DNA from: Octopus sinensis
Lineage: Eukaryota
Assembly: GCF_006345805.1 (NCBI RefSeq)
Contig: NC_043009.1
Coordinates: forward strand, 35,216,001-35,280,000
Direction: 5' to 3'
Length of the DNA stretch: 64,000 nucleotides
Numbering within the stretch: the first letter of the stretch is position 1; each line of letters begins with the position of its first letter. Of the stretch, positions 53,069 through 64,000 are shown in pieces. The notes below the pieces were generated by a model. That model saw only the letters and a program-made list of their open reading frames with translations, did not search any database and was not told where the DNA came from. The position numbers were made by a program, and so were the translations under genes.

Positions 53069-53792
53069 TAGTTTAATTGATAGATAAACAGACAAATGGC
53101 CAAGCAAATTTGCATACATACACTACATATGTTTCTATGTATAATGTCAACTGCAAAAGTAGAGAGATGTATATGGAAATATGAACTTACTTTGAGACTG
53201 AAACAGATTGTACGGTTATAGAAACCGTAAAAACGATGCTCCAATATATGTTCATTTCAGGCTTTAGTTTGGTGACAGCAGTAAATCTCTGCAAGAATAA
53301 TTGGAAATTATGAGTTAAAAGATTGTGTTCAATGAAAAGGAATATTTAATTGTGCGCTGATAATTGATTTACTCAGTAAGTAATGTGTTGAATTCTCTTG
53401 GTAAAGATTATTTTATCTTTCCACATATATTACGACCATTATCTAATATTCGGCGCTGAGTGTATTTATGTGTGTACGTTTACGCTGTTGATTAGCTGAG
53501 ATCAGCTCTGATGCAGTAGACGCGCAAACTATCGTGGACTATATAATTAACGATTTCTGCATTATTTCCGATGTTAATGTGATTCGAAGGTAATATGGCT
53601 TATATTTCTACCAGATCAATTGACTACATAGATAGTCTTTCCGTGGCTTGCTATGATTTCTTATATTAGGAGCTGTAGAGAAATTAGTAAGCAGTTTGCA
53701 AGGTTGATTTCTTCACTAAATTATTTCTTCACCGAAAGCTGCTACCATAAGACGTACGTTTCCACAATTCCATCATATATATATATATATAT

Positions 53793-54255
53793 ACTCTCTC
53801 TTTACTCTCTTTTACTTCTTTCAGTCATTTGACTGCGGCCATGCTGGAGCACCACCTTTAATCGAGCAACGACTCCGGGACTTATTCTTTGTAAGCCCAG
53901 TACTTATTCTATCGGTCTATTTTGCCGAACCGCTAAGTGACGGGGACATAAACACACCAGCATCGGTTGTCAAGCAATGCTAGGGGACAAACACAGACAT
54001 AAAAACAAACACGCACACACATATTTATATATATATGTGTATATATATATATATACATATATATATATGTGTGTGTATATATATATACACATATACGGGC
54101 TTCTTTCAGTTTCCATCTACCATATCCACTCACAAAGCTTTGGTCGGCCCGAGGCTATAGTAGAAGACACTTGCCCAAGGTGCCACGCAGTGGGACTGAT
54201 CCCGGAACCGTGTGGTTGGTAAACAAGGTACTTACCACACAGCCACTCCTGCGCC
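53793..54255 (-). mobile_element. SINE family A, full length
   Basis: Reverse complement of the family A consensus. Confidence 0.92.
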
Positions 54256-54417
54256 ATTATATATATATGTATAACATTATAGTTTTAATGTCTATTTATC
54301 AGCATATGGGCATAGACATTTTTCTTTTGCCCATATTTATAATAGTTTATAAGTATCACCTTAAAAGGTATTTTAACATGCTGGCCACTTGATGAAATAT
54401 TTGAAGCATTTTATCCT

Positions 54418-54466
<49 letters not shown>

Positions 54467-54467
<1 letters not shown>

Positions 54468-54845
54468 GGGGTGCAATGGCACACTGGTTAGATCAGCGTG
54501 GACTCGCGGTCGTAGAATCGCGTTTTCGATTCCCAGACCGGGCGATGTCAGTGTTTATTGAGCGGAAACACCTAAAGATCCACGAGGTTTCGGCAAGGGG
54601 TGGTGGCGAATCCTGTATTCTTTCACCACATCTTTAGGTCACTCACTCTTCTTGTTTCTGTTGTACCTGTATTTCAATAGGCCAGCGTTGACACACTCTG
54701 TGACACGCTGAATCTCCCTGAGAACTACATTAAGGGTACACGTGTCTGTGCTGTACTCAGCCACTTGCACGTTAACTTCACGAGCAAGCTGTTCCGTTGA
54801 TCAGATCAACTGGAATCTTCGTCGTCGCAACCAACGGAGCGCCAC
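54467..54845 (+). mobile_element. tRNA-like SINE family B (tail type 2)
   Basis: ggtgcaatggcacactggttaga..cagcg.ggactcgcggtcg...ttcgattcccagaccgggcg head. 3' half cacttgcacgttaacttcacgagc...ggagcgccac is unrelated to the tail of 20490 and 55860. Confidence 0.8.
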
Positions 54846-54860
54846 GATATGTATATATAT

Positions 54861-55134
54861 ATTCTCAAACGCAGCACAATGCTAATAATATAACCTGAAC
54901 AGGATAAGCTACCCGTATTTTACAGAGAAAAGTGTTGGCTGCCGGCTATGAAAGTCGAACTCACACCTCCGTGATTACGCATCGGGGTGCTCTAATGGTT
55001 CAGGGCACCGCGACGCGTAATCACGGAGGTGTGAGTTTGACACTCATAGCCGGCTGTCAACACTTTCATCTGAAACATAGGGGTAGCTTATCCTGTTCAA
55101 GCTATATTATCAGCATTATCCTCCGTTTGAGAAT
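54861..55134. repeat. Fold-back palindrome, 133-bp arms, 8-nt loop
   Basis: 54861-54993 is the diverged reverse complement of 55002-55134; loop aatggttc. Confidence 0.9.
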
Positions 55135-55248
55135 TTAAAATCACTTCTTTAACTTTCTAAGACATCTCAACGTTTCTAAAGTAAACTTCGTTTGTTTGTT
55201 TACGTTTATCGTAATTTGAATTTACATATATATATATATATATATATA

Positions 55249-55830
55249 TATGGTATAATTATGAACAGGGCAAATTTTAGCCATTTCTCCGCATTCTGTA
55301 AAAAATTATGAACAACCTTAATCGATTTTCAAACATTAGTGGGTTCTCATCGGAAGCGTCTACATCATTTTGACAGTCTCCAGAGAAACAAGCAGCGAAG
55401 CTGTTTATATACTCAACAAATGCAGCAGTTACTCTATGCAAGAGTCCCTAATTTGCATACCGAACGTATTTATTATTCTATAAATACCAGCGGCCTGTCA
55501 ATGGGAATCTTAGTCCACACAGTATCAAAGTATGATATAACATATATGTAACATATGGTGAAATTATAAACCGGGCAAATTTTATCCATTTCTCTGCAGA
55601 TTGAAAAGAAATGAGGAACAACCTTAGTCAACTTTCAAACCTAATTGGGTTCTCATCAGAGGCATCTACATCATTCTGACAGTCTCCAGAGAAACAAGTA
55701 GCCAAACTGTTTATATACTCAACAAATACAACAGTTACTCTATGAAAGTGTCCCAAATTTGCATACTGAAATTGTTTAACATATATGTAACATATGGTAT
55801 AATTATAAACAAGGCAAATTTTAACCTTTT
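55249..55830 (+). repeat. Diverged tandem repeat, ~240-305-bp unit, ~2.1 copies
   Basis: tatggt..aattat.aac..ggcaaattt recurs at ~55249, ~55555 and ~55794 with shared gggttctcatc.ga.gc.tctacatcatt.tgacagtctccagagaaacaag. Confidence 0.85.
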
Positions 55831-55859
55831 CTCCACATCCTATAATATACATATGTATG

Positions 55860-56154
55860 TTCCTTCTCGAGCCATGCCTGGCTCATAAAGGCCGGTTTCC
55901 TGGTTTCCTTGGCGTATAGGTTCCCCACCTTGACGGGACGCCGGTCCGTCGCAGGTGAGCTGAAAGATGCAGGAGGAAAGAGTGAGAGAAAGTTGTGGCG
56001 AAAGAGTCATCAGAAGTTCGCCATTACCTTCTGCCGGAGCCGCGTGGAGCTTAGGTGTTTCGTTCATAAACACACATATCGCCCGGTCTGGGATTGGAAC
56101 CCACGATCCTTCGACCGCGAGTCCGCTGCTCTAGCCAGTAGGCTATGTGCCTCC
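55860..56154 (-). mobile_element. SINE family B (tail type 1)
   Basis: Reverse complement of the head gagcagcggactcgcggtcg and the ggcgtcccgtc...aaaccagg.aaaccggcc body. Confidence 0.8.
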
Positions 56155-56183
56155 ACAATCATATACATATACATACATATGTA

Positions 56184-56269
<86 letters not shown>

Positions 56270-56271
<2 letters not shown>

Positions 56272-56387
56272 ATTTTATAGAAGGAGCTTCCACAGGACTA
56301 GAACTGTTTCATTCAACAGAAATCATCCTGATGATTTCTTTTGAATGAAACAGTTCTAGTCCTGTAGAAGCTCCTTCTATAAAATAA
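56270..56387. repeat. Near-perfect hairpin, 58-bp arms, 2-nt loop, within a TA-flanked cassette (to ~56458)
   Basis: The arms differ at 2 positions; the apex overlaps CTGATGA (56328-34) with GAAAC at 56347. Confidence 0.92.
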
Positions 56388-56879
56388 ATTAATTTACTCT
56401 GCTATGTATTGAGTACCTTATTTACTGTGGTTAACCCCGACTCAACCCGGGACCTACATATATATATATATATATACCTATGTGGAGTTTGTATTTATGC
56501 ATGTGTGCGTGTATGTCTATAATTTTATGTGTGTCTGTGCGCATACAGAGCTTCTGAATATGTATGAAACAATAAACTATGTTAGTACTGTGGTACGTAA
56601 TGGAATATGATGAAATGAATTTTTATTTCATTCGTTTCATGAAATAAGTGCATATAAAATGGCAATGCGTTTTATAAGTTTTAGGCGGGTTGAGAAAATG
56701 AAAGTTATGGTATTTAGTGTCTTTCTCAGAAGCGTATGGAAGTAACCACTATAATGTACTAAGCAACGATAATGAAAATAATGGCTTGGAATTAAATGGT
56801 ATTGCTGCCAGATATATAAATGTTCTACCCTACCTTCTCTACCGAAGGCTACACACACACATACACACACACACACACA

Positions 56880-56925
<46 letters not shown>

Positions 56926-57139
56926 ACACACATATACAAATGTATCTCGTACATGTTAGAAACTTTCGTATATTCCATATGCTACCTACCGTGGTCATTT
57001 AATGCTGATAACATTTTTTCCATTAAGGTTTAATATTGCTTACTTACCTTCCACTATATAGTGGATGCTTAATATATACGGCCAGGCACACAAAAAGGGG
57101 AGGAAAGAGAGAGGAGACAATTAAAGAGAGAGAGATGGG

Positions 57140-57187
<48 letters not shown>

Positions 57188-57224
57188 TATATATATAAAG
57201 AGGCATACACGCACACACACATAT

Positions 57225-57274
<50 letters not shown>

Positions 57275-57276
<2 letters not shown>

Positions 57277-57477
57277 CAGCGTGTGTATCGTTGGCGATAT
57301 TTTTCCTCCGTTTTCCCGTCCTTCGATCTTTCTTTTTCTATGTTTCTGACGAAGAGCTCCGCTCGAAAAGTTTAATCTTTCTTCTTTCTTCCTTTCCTGA
57401 GCGTCCAATAACACTATACTTGTTCTACGTCCTCGCGTTGTTGTGTTTTCTCTTTGTATTTTCAGGTTTGGATTAAC
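57275..57477 (+). mobile_element. ~200-bp (TA)n-embedded cassette carrying a minimal hammerhead motif
   Basis: GTTT-CTGACGA-A-GAGC(TCC)GCTC-GAAA-AGTTTAATC at 57342-57377; sharp (TA)n boundaries. Confidence 0.7.
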
Positions 57478-57488
57478 TATATATATAT

Positions 57489-57598
<110 letters not shown>

Positions 57599-57660
57599 GC
57601 TCTTTTACTCTTTACTCTTTACTCTTTTATATATATTATATATATATATATATATACATA

Positions 57661-57859
57661 CAGTCGCCATGATAGATCGTTAGCCACTACACACATTTTT
57701 TTCTTTCTCGTTTCTCTCCTTGTTTTTTCTGTGTCCCTCTCTGTAGAAGAGCGTAGTCTCGAAACGCAAAAGACTTTTTCTATTCCTGAGCGTTATACTA
57801 ATATATCTGTTTGTTTTGTACACCACCTATCTTCGTCTGTTGTTTTTTTCGTAAACTCG

Positions 57860-57862
<3 letters not shown>
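57661..57862 (+). mobile_element. Second ~200-bp (TA)n-embedded cassette with degenerate hammerhead motif
   Basis: CTGTAGA-A-GAGC(GTA)GTCTC-GAAACGCAAAAGAC at 57741-57774. Shares the downstream ttcctgagcgt motif and layout with 57275-57477. Confidence 0.6.
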
Positions 57863-57918
<56 letters not shown>

Positions 57919-57963
57919 AATATATATATATATTGATATCTGGACATCCTTATTACTTATTCA

Positions 57964-58048
<85 letters not shown>

Positions 58049-58049
58049 A

Positions 58050-58283
58050 TTGTTGTATTTAGGAAAGGTCATTTTGCCAGTTTAGCCATTAAAACACACG
58101 CGCTATATATTTGGTGTTAATTTGCTTCAGCTTTATTTATTTTTTGCATTAATCTTAATCTTATTTCGGCCAGAGTTCTGTGACCTTAAAAATTAAATAA
58201 AGCTGAAGCAATTAACACCAAATATATAGTGAGTGTGTTTTTATTGGTTAAACTGGCAACATGACCATTCCTAAATACAACAA
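58050..58283. repeat. Inverted repeat, ~95-bp arms, ~42-bp spacer, TA-flanked cassette to ~58330
   Basis: ttgttgtatttagga..ggtcat.ttgccagttta.cca...ttggtgttaa.ttgcttcagctttattta mirrored at 58188-58283. Confidence 0.88.
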
Positions 58284-58324
58284 CATCTGTTTCAACACAC
58301 GACTTCACATCAAGAATCTTGCAA

Positions 58325-58380
<56 letters not shown>

Positions 58381-58389
<9 letters not shown>

Positions 58390-58495
58390 CAATTATCAAG
58401 GTGGCTATTCCTCTATTTACATAATATCGAGGTATCTTTCATTCTTTTGCTCTTATGTAAATAGAGGAATAGCCACCTTGATAATTGATATGTAT

Positions 58496-58496
<1 letters not shown>
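58381..58496. repeat. Perfect 44-bp inverted repeat, 28-nt spacer, between (TA)n tracts
   Basis: tatacatatcaattatcaaggtggctattcctctatttacataa equals the reverse complement of 58453-58496. Confidence 0.93.
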
Positions 58497-58528
<32 letters not shown>

Positions 58529-58834
58529 CTATTTTCTTCTGCAACACTCTAAATTATGATAGGCGTAATAAGACGCATTTTTTCTAAACTGATTCTGCCA
58601 CAGATATAACATGAGGAAACCATATAATTATGAGGTCTTTATATGACTCTTAATCCCCGCCAAAGATTTGCATATTTTTTTGCATAATGGAGTTATTTAT
58701 ACTGGTTAGCAGAAAAAACCACTGCCACATTATGAAGTCTTTTGACATGTCTGTCTTTTTAACCCTCCGTCTTAACTGCTCACGTTTCCAACGGTTGCTG
58801 TGAAAGATAACTGTAACATAATTTACAAGGGGTT

Positions 58835-59297
58835 TATTATTGTGGCTTCTTTGATAGCTAACCAGACCTGCATGACTAAGCATTTTTTTCCCCACAAGTC
58901 ACACCCGTAAAAGTCCATGCTCCTTCATTTTCTACCGGACCATTTTTTCTGAGATTTCTCCTGCTCTTCTCGTGCTTCATTCTCTCTCTTTCAAACTTCG
59001 AGCAACCACTGTGCACTCTTCTCTTCCATCCATTTCGGTCTACCAATCATCATCTGTATTTCCTACTAGTGTCATAGCAGTTTTAAGGTAGTGTTTGAAT
59101 TTCATTTTCGGTTTATGTGCTGCCCTTTTACGATCTTTCAGCTCACCATACAAAAGTTGCTTAGGGAGTCTTTTATCATTCATGCTCACCAAGTGTCCAG
59201 CCCTCCTGAAATGACTTTGCAGAATGATCGATTCTACATTCCAACAACAACTTCTCTCTATTATCTCCACATCACTGATCGCCGTTCTCACGCACAC
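58835..59297 (-). mobile_element. RTE-clade LINE 3' coding fragment
   Basis: RRAGHLVSMNDKRLPKQLLYGELKDRKRAAHKPKMKFKHYLK...DRNGWKRRVHSG..FE, and a terminal C2H2-like C..CGKK.LSHAGLVS.QRSH. Confidence 0.85.
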
Positions 59298-59685
59298 TTA
59301 TATGAAAACATGCACACACAGCTGATGCTCACTCACACTTACCAAATGCATACGCATACGCAACAGATACACTCAGCCAGGCATACACGTACATACGCAC
59401 ACACGCGCCAACAAGCTGATGTCATCAACGCACACCATGGCTCACGCGCACGCACGTACGCAGCAGACACATGCGCAAACACTAAAGCGATGCGTACAAA
59501 CAAAAGTGTATTAGTGTCGCTAACAATTCTCCTTCCACTTCCCTGACGGAGAGGCTTCGCCACTATCCTGTCTAGGCATGCGGTCCTTGATATACAGATT
59601 GGGATATGCACCTGATGTCGCTACCGTACCAATATCAATGTCAAAATCATCATACGAACAGCTTTAACAATAGCAGAAACCATCT

Positions 59686-60266
59686 AGCGGCGAGCTGGCA
59701 GAAACGTTAGCACGCCGGATGAAATGCTTAGCGGTATTTCGTCTGTCGTTACGTTGTGAGTTCAAATTCCGCCGAGGTCAACTTTGCCTTTCATCCTTTC
59801 GGGGTCGATAAATTAAGTACCAGTTACGCTCTGGGGTCGATATAATCGACTTAATACCTATGTCAGTCCTTGTTTGTCCCCTCTATGTTTGGCCCCTTGT
59901 GGGTAATAAAGAAATAGGTATTTTGTCTGTCGCTACGTTCTGAGTTCAAATTCCGCTGAGGTTGACTTTGCCTTTCATCCTTTCGGGGTCGATTAAATAA
60001 GTACCAATTACGCACTGGGGCCGATATAATCGACTTAATCCGTTTGTCTGTCCTTGTTTGTCCTCTCTCTGTTTAGCCCCTTGTGGGTAGTAAAGAAATA
60101 GGTATTTTGTCTGTCTTTACGTTCTGATTTCAATTTCCACCGAGTTCAGCTTTGCCTTTCATCTTTCAGGGTCGATAAATTAAGTACCAGTTGCACATTG
60201 GGATCGATCTAATCGACTGGCATCCTTCCGCCAAAATTTCGGGCCTTGTTCCTAGAGAAGAAAAGT
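59686..60266 (+). mobile_element. SINE family C: one head plus three tandem ~184-bp body units, single 16-bp TSD
   Basis: TSD atagcagaaaccatct at 59670-59685 and 60267-60282. Units start ggtattt at ~59733, ~59917 and ~60101, each with gagttcaaattccgccgagg..gactttgcctttcatcctttcggggtcgataaattaagtacca (with variants). Confidence 0.92.
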
Positions 60267-62229
60267 ATAGCAGAAACCATCTTTAACTTACTCCAATCGG
60301 TTCCCTTAGATTGACGAACTAGCTTCGCTCGGCAAACCCACGAAACCTTAACTTCCATGGAGTCGAATTAGATTGTTATTAAATAATAAATTTGCTGTGT
60401 TTTCCAATTTTTTACTTGTCTACTCACATGTTCCAGTGTTTCAAAATTTCTTGATCTCAATGCACAAGCGGGTAGTAAACAATTTTCAATGGGGACACAA
60501 CTGCTACTCTTTGAAAACGAAGTCATATTAAACGCGCCTCATCGAAAAATCATAACGCGTATTAAGGCGCATGCACTGGAAAGACTTCTTTTTCAAGAAT
60601 CCGCCCGCAACTACGCCCGTAGACAGTTTTGGTTTTGAATACCGAAAGTGCCCTCCCAAGATAAATATCTATTAATATCATAAAGAAGCTAATGCTTCGC
60701 TCATCATGCTAGTTCTTTCCTTAATTATTTAAAGAATTACATAGAAAAATGAAGAGATGCAATATTTCTATTTTCGAAATCAGCGAATATATTTTTCTTG
60801 AAATATATATGTTTTCAAAGGCGAATAGGCATCGGCAGCTAGCAAGCCATTTTACTCCAGACTGATGATGAGCAATGACTCTGAAACTAGTCTCTAGATG
60901 CTGGCTTTACTGGGCGTTGCTTATCCCCCCTTTGAAAACATAACGAGACACAGAAAATATGTCATGGCCGACTGGAAACGGTGTTTCCTAGGACTAAATA
61001 GCAGTAGCATTCTTCCTTTTTATGGGACTGTCACATTAAGTTGACAACATGCCATCGCTGTATCAAGCTGCTACTGTATAAATCTCTCTGAGAGACTTAG
61101 AAATGTAATATTTCTATTTTCGAAATCAGTGAATGTATTTCACTTGAAATATATATGTTTTCGAATGCGAATAGGGCTAAATAGTAGCATTCTTCCTGAA
61201 GCGAAAGAGCTTGCCATCCTCCCAGATATAGAGGGCCGCATCTATTCTTTTGTTTTTCGGTTTGTGTAAGAAAGTTCGGTACCGTTCTCATTTCATAATT
61301 TTCGGATATTTCCTCTTCTGTTCTTATAAAATGCTTATTGGTTTGATTTTGCGAATGCAAAACCAAACTTTTTTGTGACAATTCCAGAGACGTTTTAGGT
61401 TCTGCGTTCAAAATCCGCCGAGATTGGCTGCTTTTCATCCCTTCGTGGTTGGTAAAATGGGTAGCAGTTGATCACTAGGGCATTTGTAAGCTACTTACTC
61501 CCTTCCGCAAGCTGCTGAACTTTTGCCAACATTTGAAGCCATCGTGATTATAATACAAAAATGTGTGTTTTATTAGATTACTTTAGTCATCATAGATTAT
61601 AAGCCAAACTATCTGATGTCCTTTGATGTTTTATATCATTAAATTTACTGTATACCCGTCGACACATTTATTACGGTTATTTCTTATTGCCGATATTAGA
61701 TGTCACTGTAGTCAAAATGTTTGTACAACAATAAACTTAATTTATTACCAAACTTTTGGAGTGCTGTTAATTGATCGTTTATCTTTCCTAATCTGTTTTT
61801 TCATTGTTCTTTCGTTTATTATAAACCAAGTCTTGCTATAAATGTACAGTAATTAAAGTTTATCTTGACGCTATCTCTCAGTTTATTAACGAATGTTCGT
61901 AAGAACTTATATGACACAGATAGTCTGGTTAGTTAGGCGAGTATTTAATTGTTTTTAATAATATATCGTAAACATTCTCATTTATCATTTGCAATGCGCA
62001 GCTTTCAATGTTTAGTGGGTGTTTTTGATCGCTAAACAATCACATTTAGAGACGAAGTATCAAAATTATTGTTCAAATATTCACAGAAATTCATTTGAGC
62101 ACATATTTGGATATTCTTGTTGACATAATCTCCGCTTTTCTAACATGAACTAGCCACGTGAAGTACTGTTGCATTTCATGAACATTTCAAGTATTGGTTT
62201 CAAGGGGATTATATTTTGTTTCTTATACT

Positions 62230-63060
62230 TATCCGTTTATTCAGTTTTACAGACAACTGGAATTACTTAAGGAACGCCTGTATAAATTCTTCAATAGATT
62301 CAGCCTCTCCATTACTACAGAGAATGAAAACTACTCCATCAACAACTTAGACATTAACTGTGGTTTAAATACGGGTTTACACCAAACGTATATGAAACCT
62401 AACTGTAGCCTTAAGTGTATAAACTGTCAAAGTATCCATCCACAATCGGCAAAAAGGGCTTCAATTAGAAGCATCAGGAAAATAATTTCCTTTCTCTCAT
62501 ATAACGTTGACATATTTCATAGCCATAAGGATAAGTACGATAAGGCACTTATGGAGGCAGGCTATAGAGGTAGAATTAAATATATCCCACACGAGCATGT
62601 AATAGATAGTAATAACAACGAAAATACCAACCGCAACATTACAGCGCATGACCATACACACAAGCAAGGCAAACATGCACAGGTAGCAAAAGCAATTGAC
62701 ACTAATATGACAAAATTTAGTAACTGCATGAATAATTAGAAAAAGAATAGCAACATACTAGGTAGAACTACAAAGTCAATATACGCAGGAAAAGTAATAT
62801 CAGTAAGTACACCACCCACGAAAAAACCTCTGGCAAATCGGGAGATAATATCTGGTGTATAATCCCTGTTGCAATGCAAATAAGTACGAACTTAGCTAAG
62901 CAGTAATTGAGTGTCGTAAATAGACACTTTGATAAGAATAATAGGTATTCTAGTCTTATAAGTGGTAGTACAATAAGGTTAGGTTATAGCCTTACACATA
63001 ATTTAGGGAACATAATATCCTCCCTGAATAATAAAAAAAATTGATACTTTCCACTGAAAC
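62230..63060 (+). mobile_element. Penelope-like RT C-terminus and linker remnant
   Basis: LSITTEN..SINNLDI..LNTGLHQTYMKPN..KCINCQSIHP...ALMEAGY, then REII.YNP..STNLAK...RHF...IRLGYSLTHNL. Confidence 0.8.
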
Positions 63061-63219
63061 GGAAACAAAAATAGTACCGATGGCGGTATTAGTAGAAATA
63101 ATAATAAACACTACCCTAACCTTTGTACATAATACTCTCAGAACCAAAATAATCACTTTAATCTCAATAAACATAATCCTACCCCGCTAGGAAGAACCCC
63201 ACCCCACCCCAGAATAACC

Positions 63220-64000
63220 TATGTCACAAACAATTTCAGGTCATCCATAAACAGATGTTGCAATGATAGACCTTTCTTCCCACATCTGTAAACTATCTAA
63301 CTTTCCTAAGTGTCATTTTTATGTGTATTGGTGCAATTACAAATAGTAACGGAGAAAACGAGTCACTTTAGAGGATGCTCCTTTTAATATTAACTTCTCC
63401 AGGGAATACATTACTTGAGTACAATTTGGTTTTCCACTCTTTCATGATATGCATCAGAAAATTTGTGATGTTCACAGCAACACCAAACATCTGCAGGCAT
63501 TCAACGATACAAGAATGAGGCATCATATCATCATATGACTTCTTAAAGTCAATCCAAGTCATAGACATGTTTGTATGATGATTTTTACAATGCCTCAACA
63601 ATTTTTTACCGATGACCAGGTGATCTTTGGTAACCTGAGAACTCTTCCTAAATCCTTTTTTTTCCTTGGTAGTATTTCTTCCTGTTTCAGTGAAGTATAT
63701 GTATTTGTTTCACATATTCCAGTGAGTGAGTGTCTTCGAGATTATGTTTAGGCATGTTATCGGGCTGTAGTTTCCCACAATATTCCCTTTCTTATATCTT
63801 TCATTATAAGTATTCTGCTCCCAATCACCATCAACACTGGGACTGTACCTTTCTGGACATACTCATTCAATTGCGCTGCTAGTCTTTCATGCAACGCTAG
63901 CATCTCTTCAGCCAAATGCCATGAATCTCATCTGGTCCGGGGGCTGTCCAGGTAAGCACTTTAACCACTTGTTCTTTCACGTCAACCGTGCTTATGACAA
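63220..64000 (-). mobile_element. R4/Dong-type reverse transcriptase fragment, continues beyond the window
   Basis: PGPD, GNYSPITCL, KGFRKSS..TKDHL, WIDFKKSYD..PHSCI.ECL, degenerate QGDSFSPLLF, LFMDDLKLF. Confidence 0.88.

Noticed and set aside
59733-60266. Tandem units as a CRISPR-like array
   Set aside because: The units are whole-length similar with no unique spacers; eukaryotic SINE context with a TSD.
60757-61175. ~70-bp local direct duplication (60757-60830 / 61101-61175); also small duplications at 19110/19497, 45369 and 46300
   Set aside because: Ordinary local duplications with no further structure.

Overview
AT-rich, microsatellite-saturated eukaryotic DNA. The repeat repertoire resembles an octopus/coleoid genome; this is inferred from recalled repeat families, not from a search. 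The six-frame ORF track is mostly microsatellite translation and decayed transposon fragments. No rRNA, bona fide tRNA gene, CRISPR array or intact autonomous element was found. Supportable content: (i) six pieces of R4/Dong-type RLE non-LTR retrotransposons, five of them abutting (TAA)n or TAA/AAC tracts; (ii) Penelope-like (PLE) RT/GIY-YIG remnants and several minimal type-I hammerhead ribozyme-like motifs, two of them in ~200-bp cassettes embedded in (TA)n; (iii) decayed Tc1, mariner, maT (D37D) and rosa-like DNA transposons, three non-autonomous Helitrons, a Ty3/Gypsy relic lacking RT/RNase H, and L1/Tx1 and RTE LINE fragments; (iv) three tRNA-like SINE families, including a tandem trimer inside one perfect 16-bp TSD; (v) at least seven long fold-back inverted repeats; (vi) a frame-compatible chain of small plus-strand exons absent from the ORF track (963-22525) suggesting an unidentified host gene. 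All alignments, foldings and counts were done by eye.
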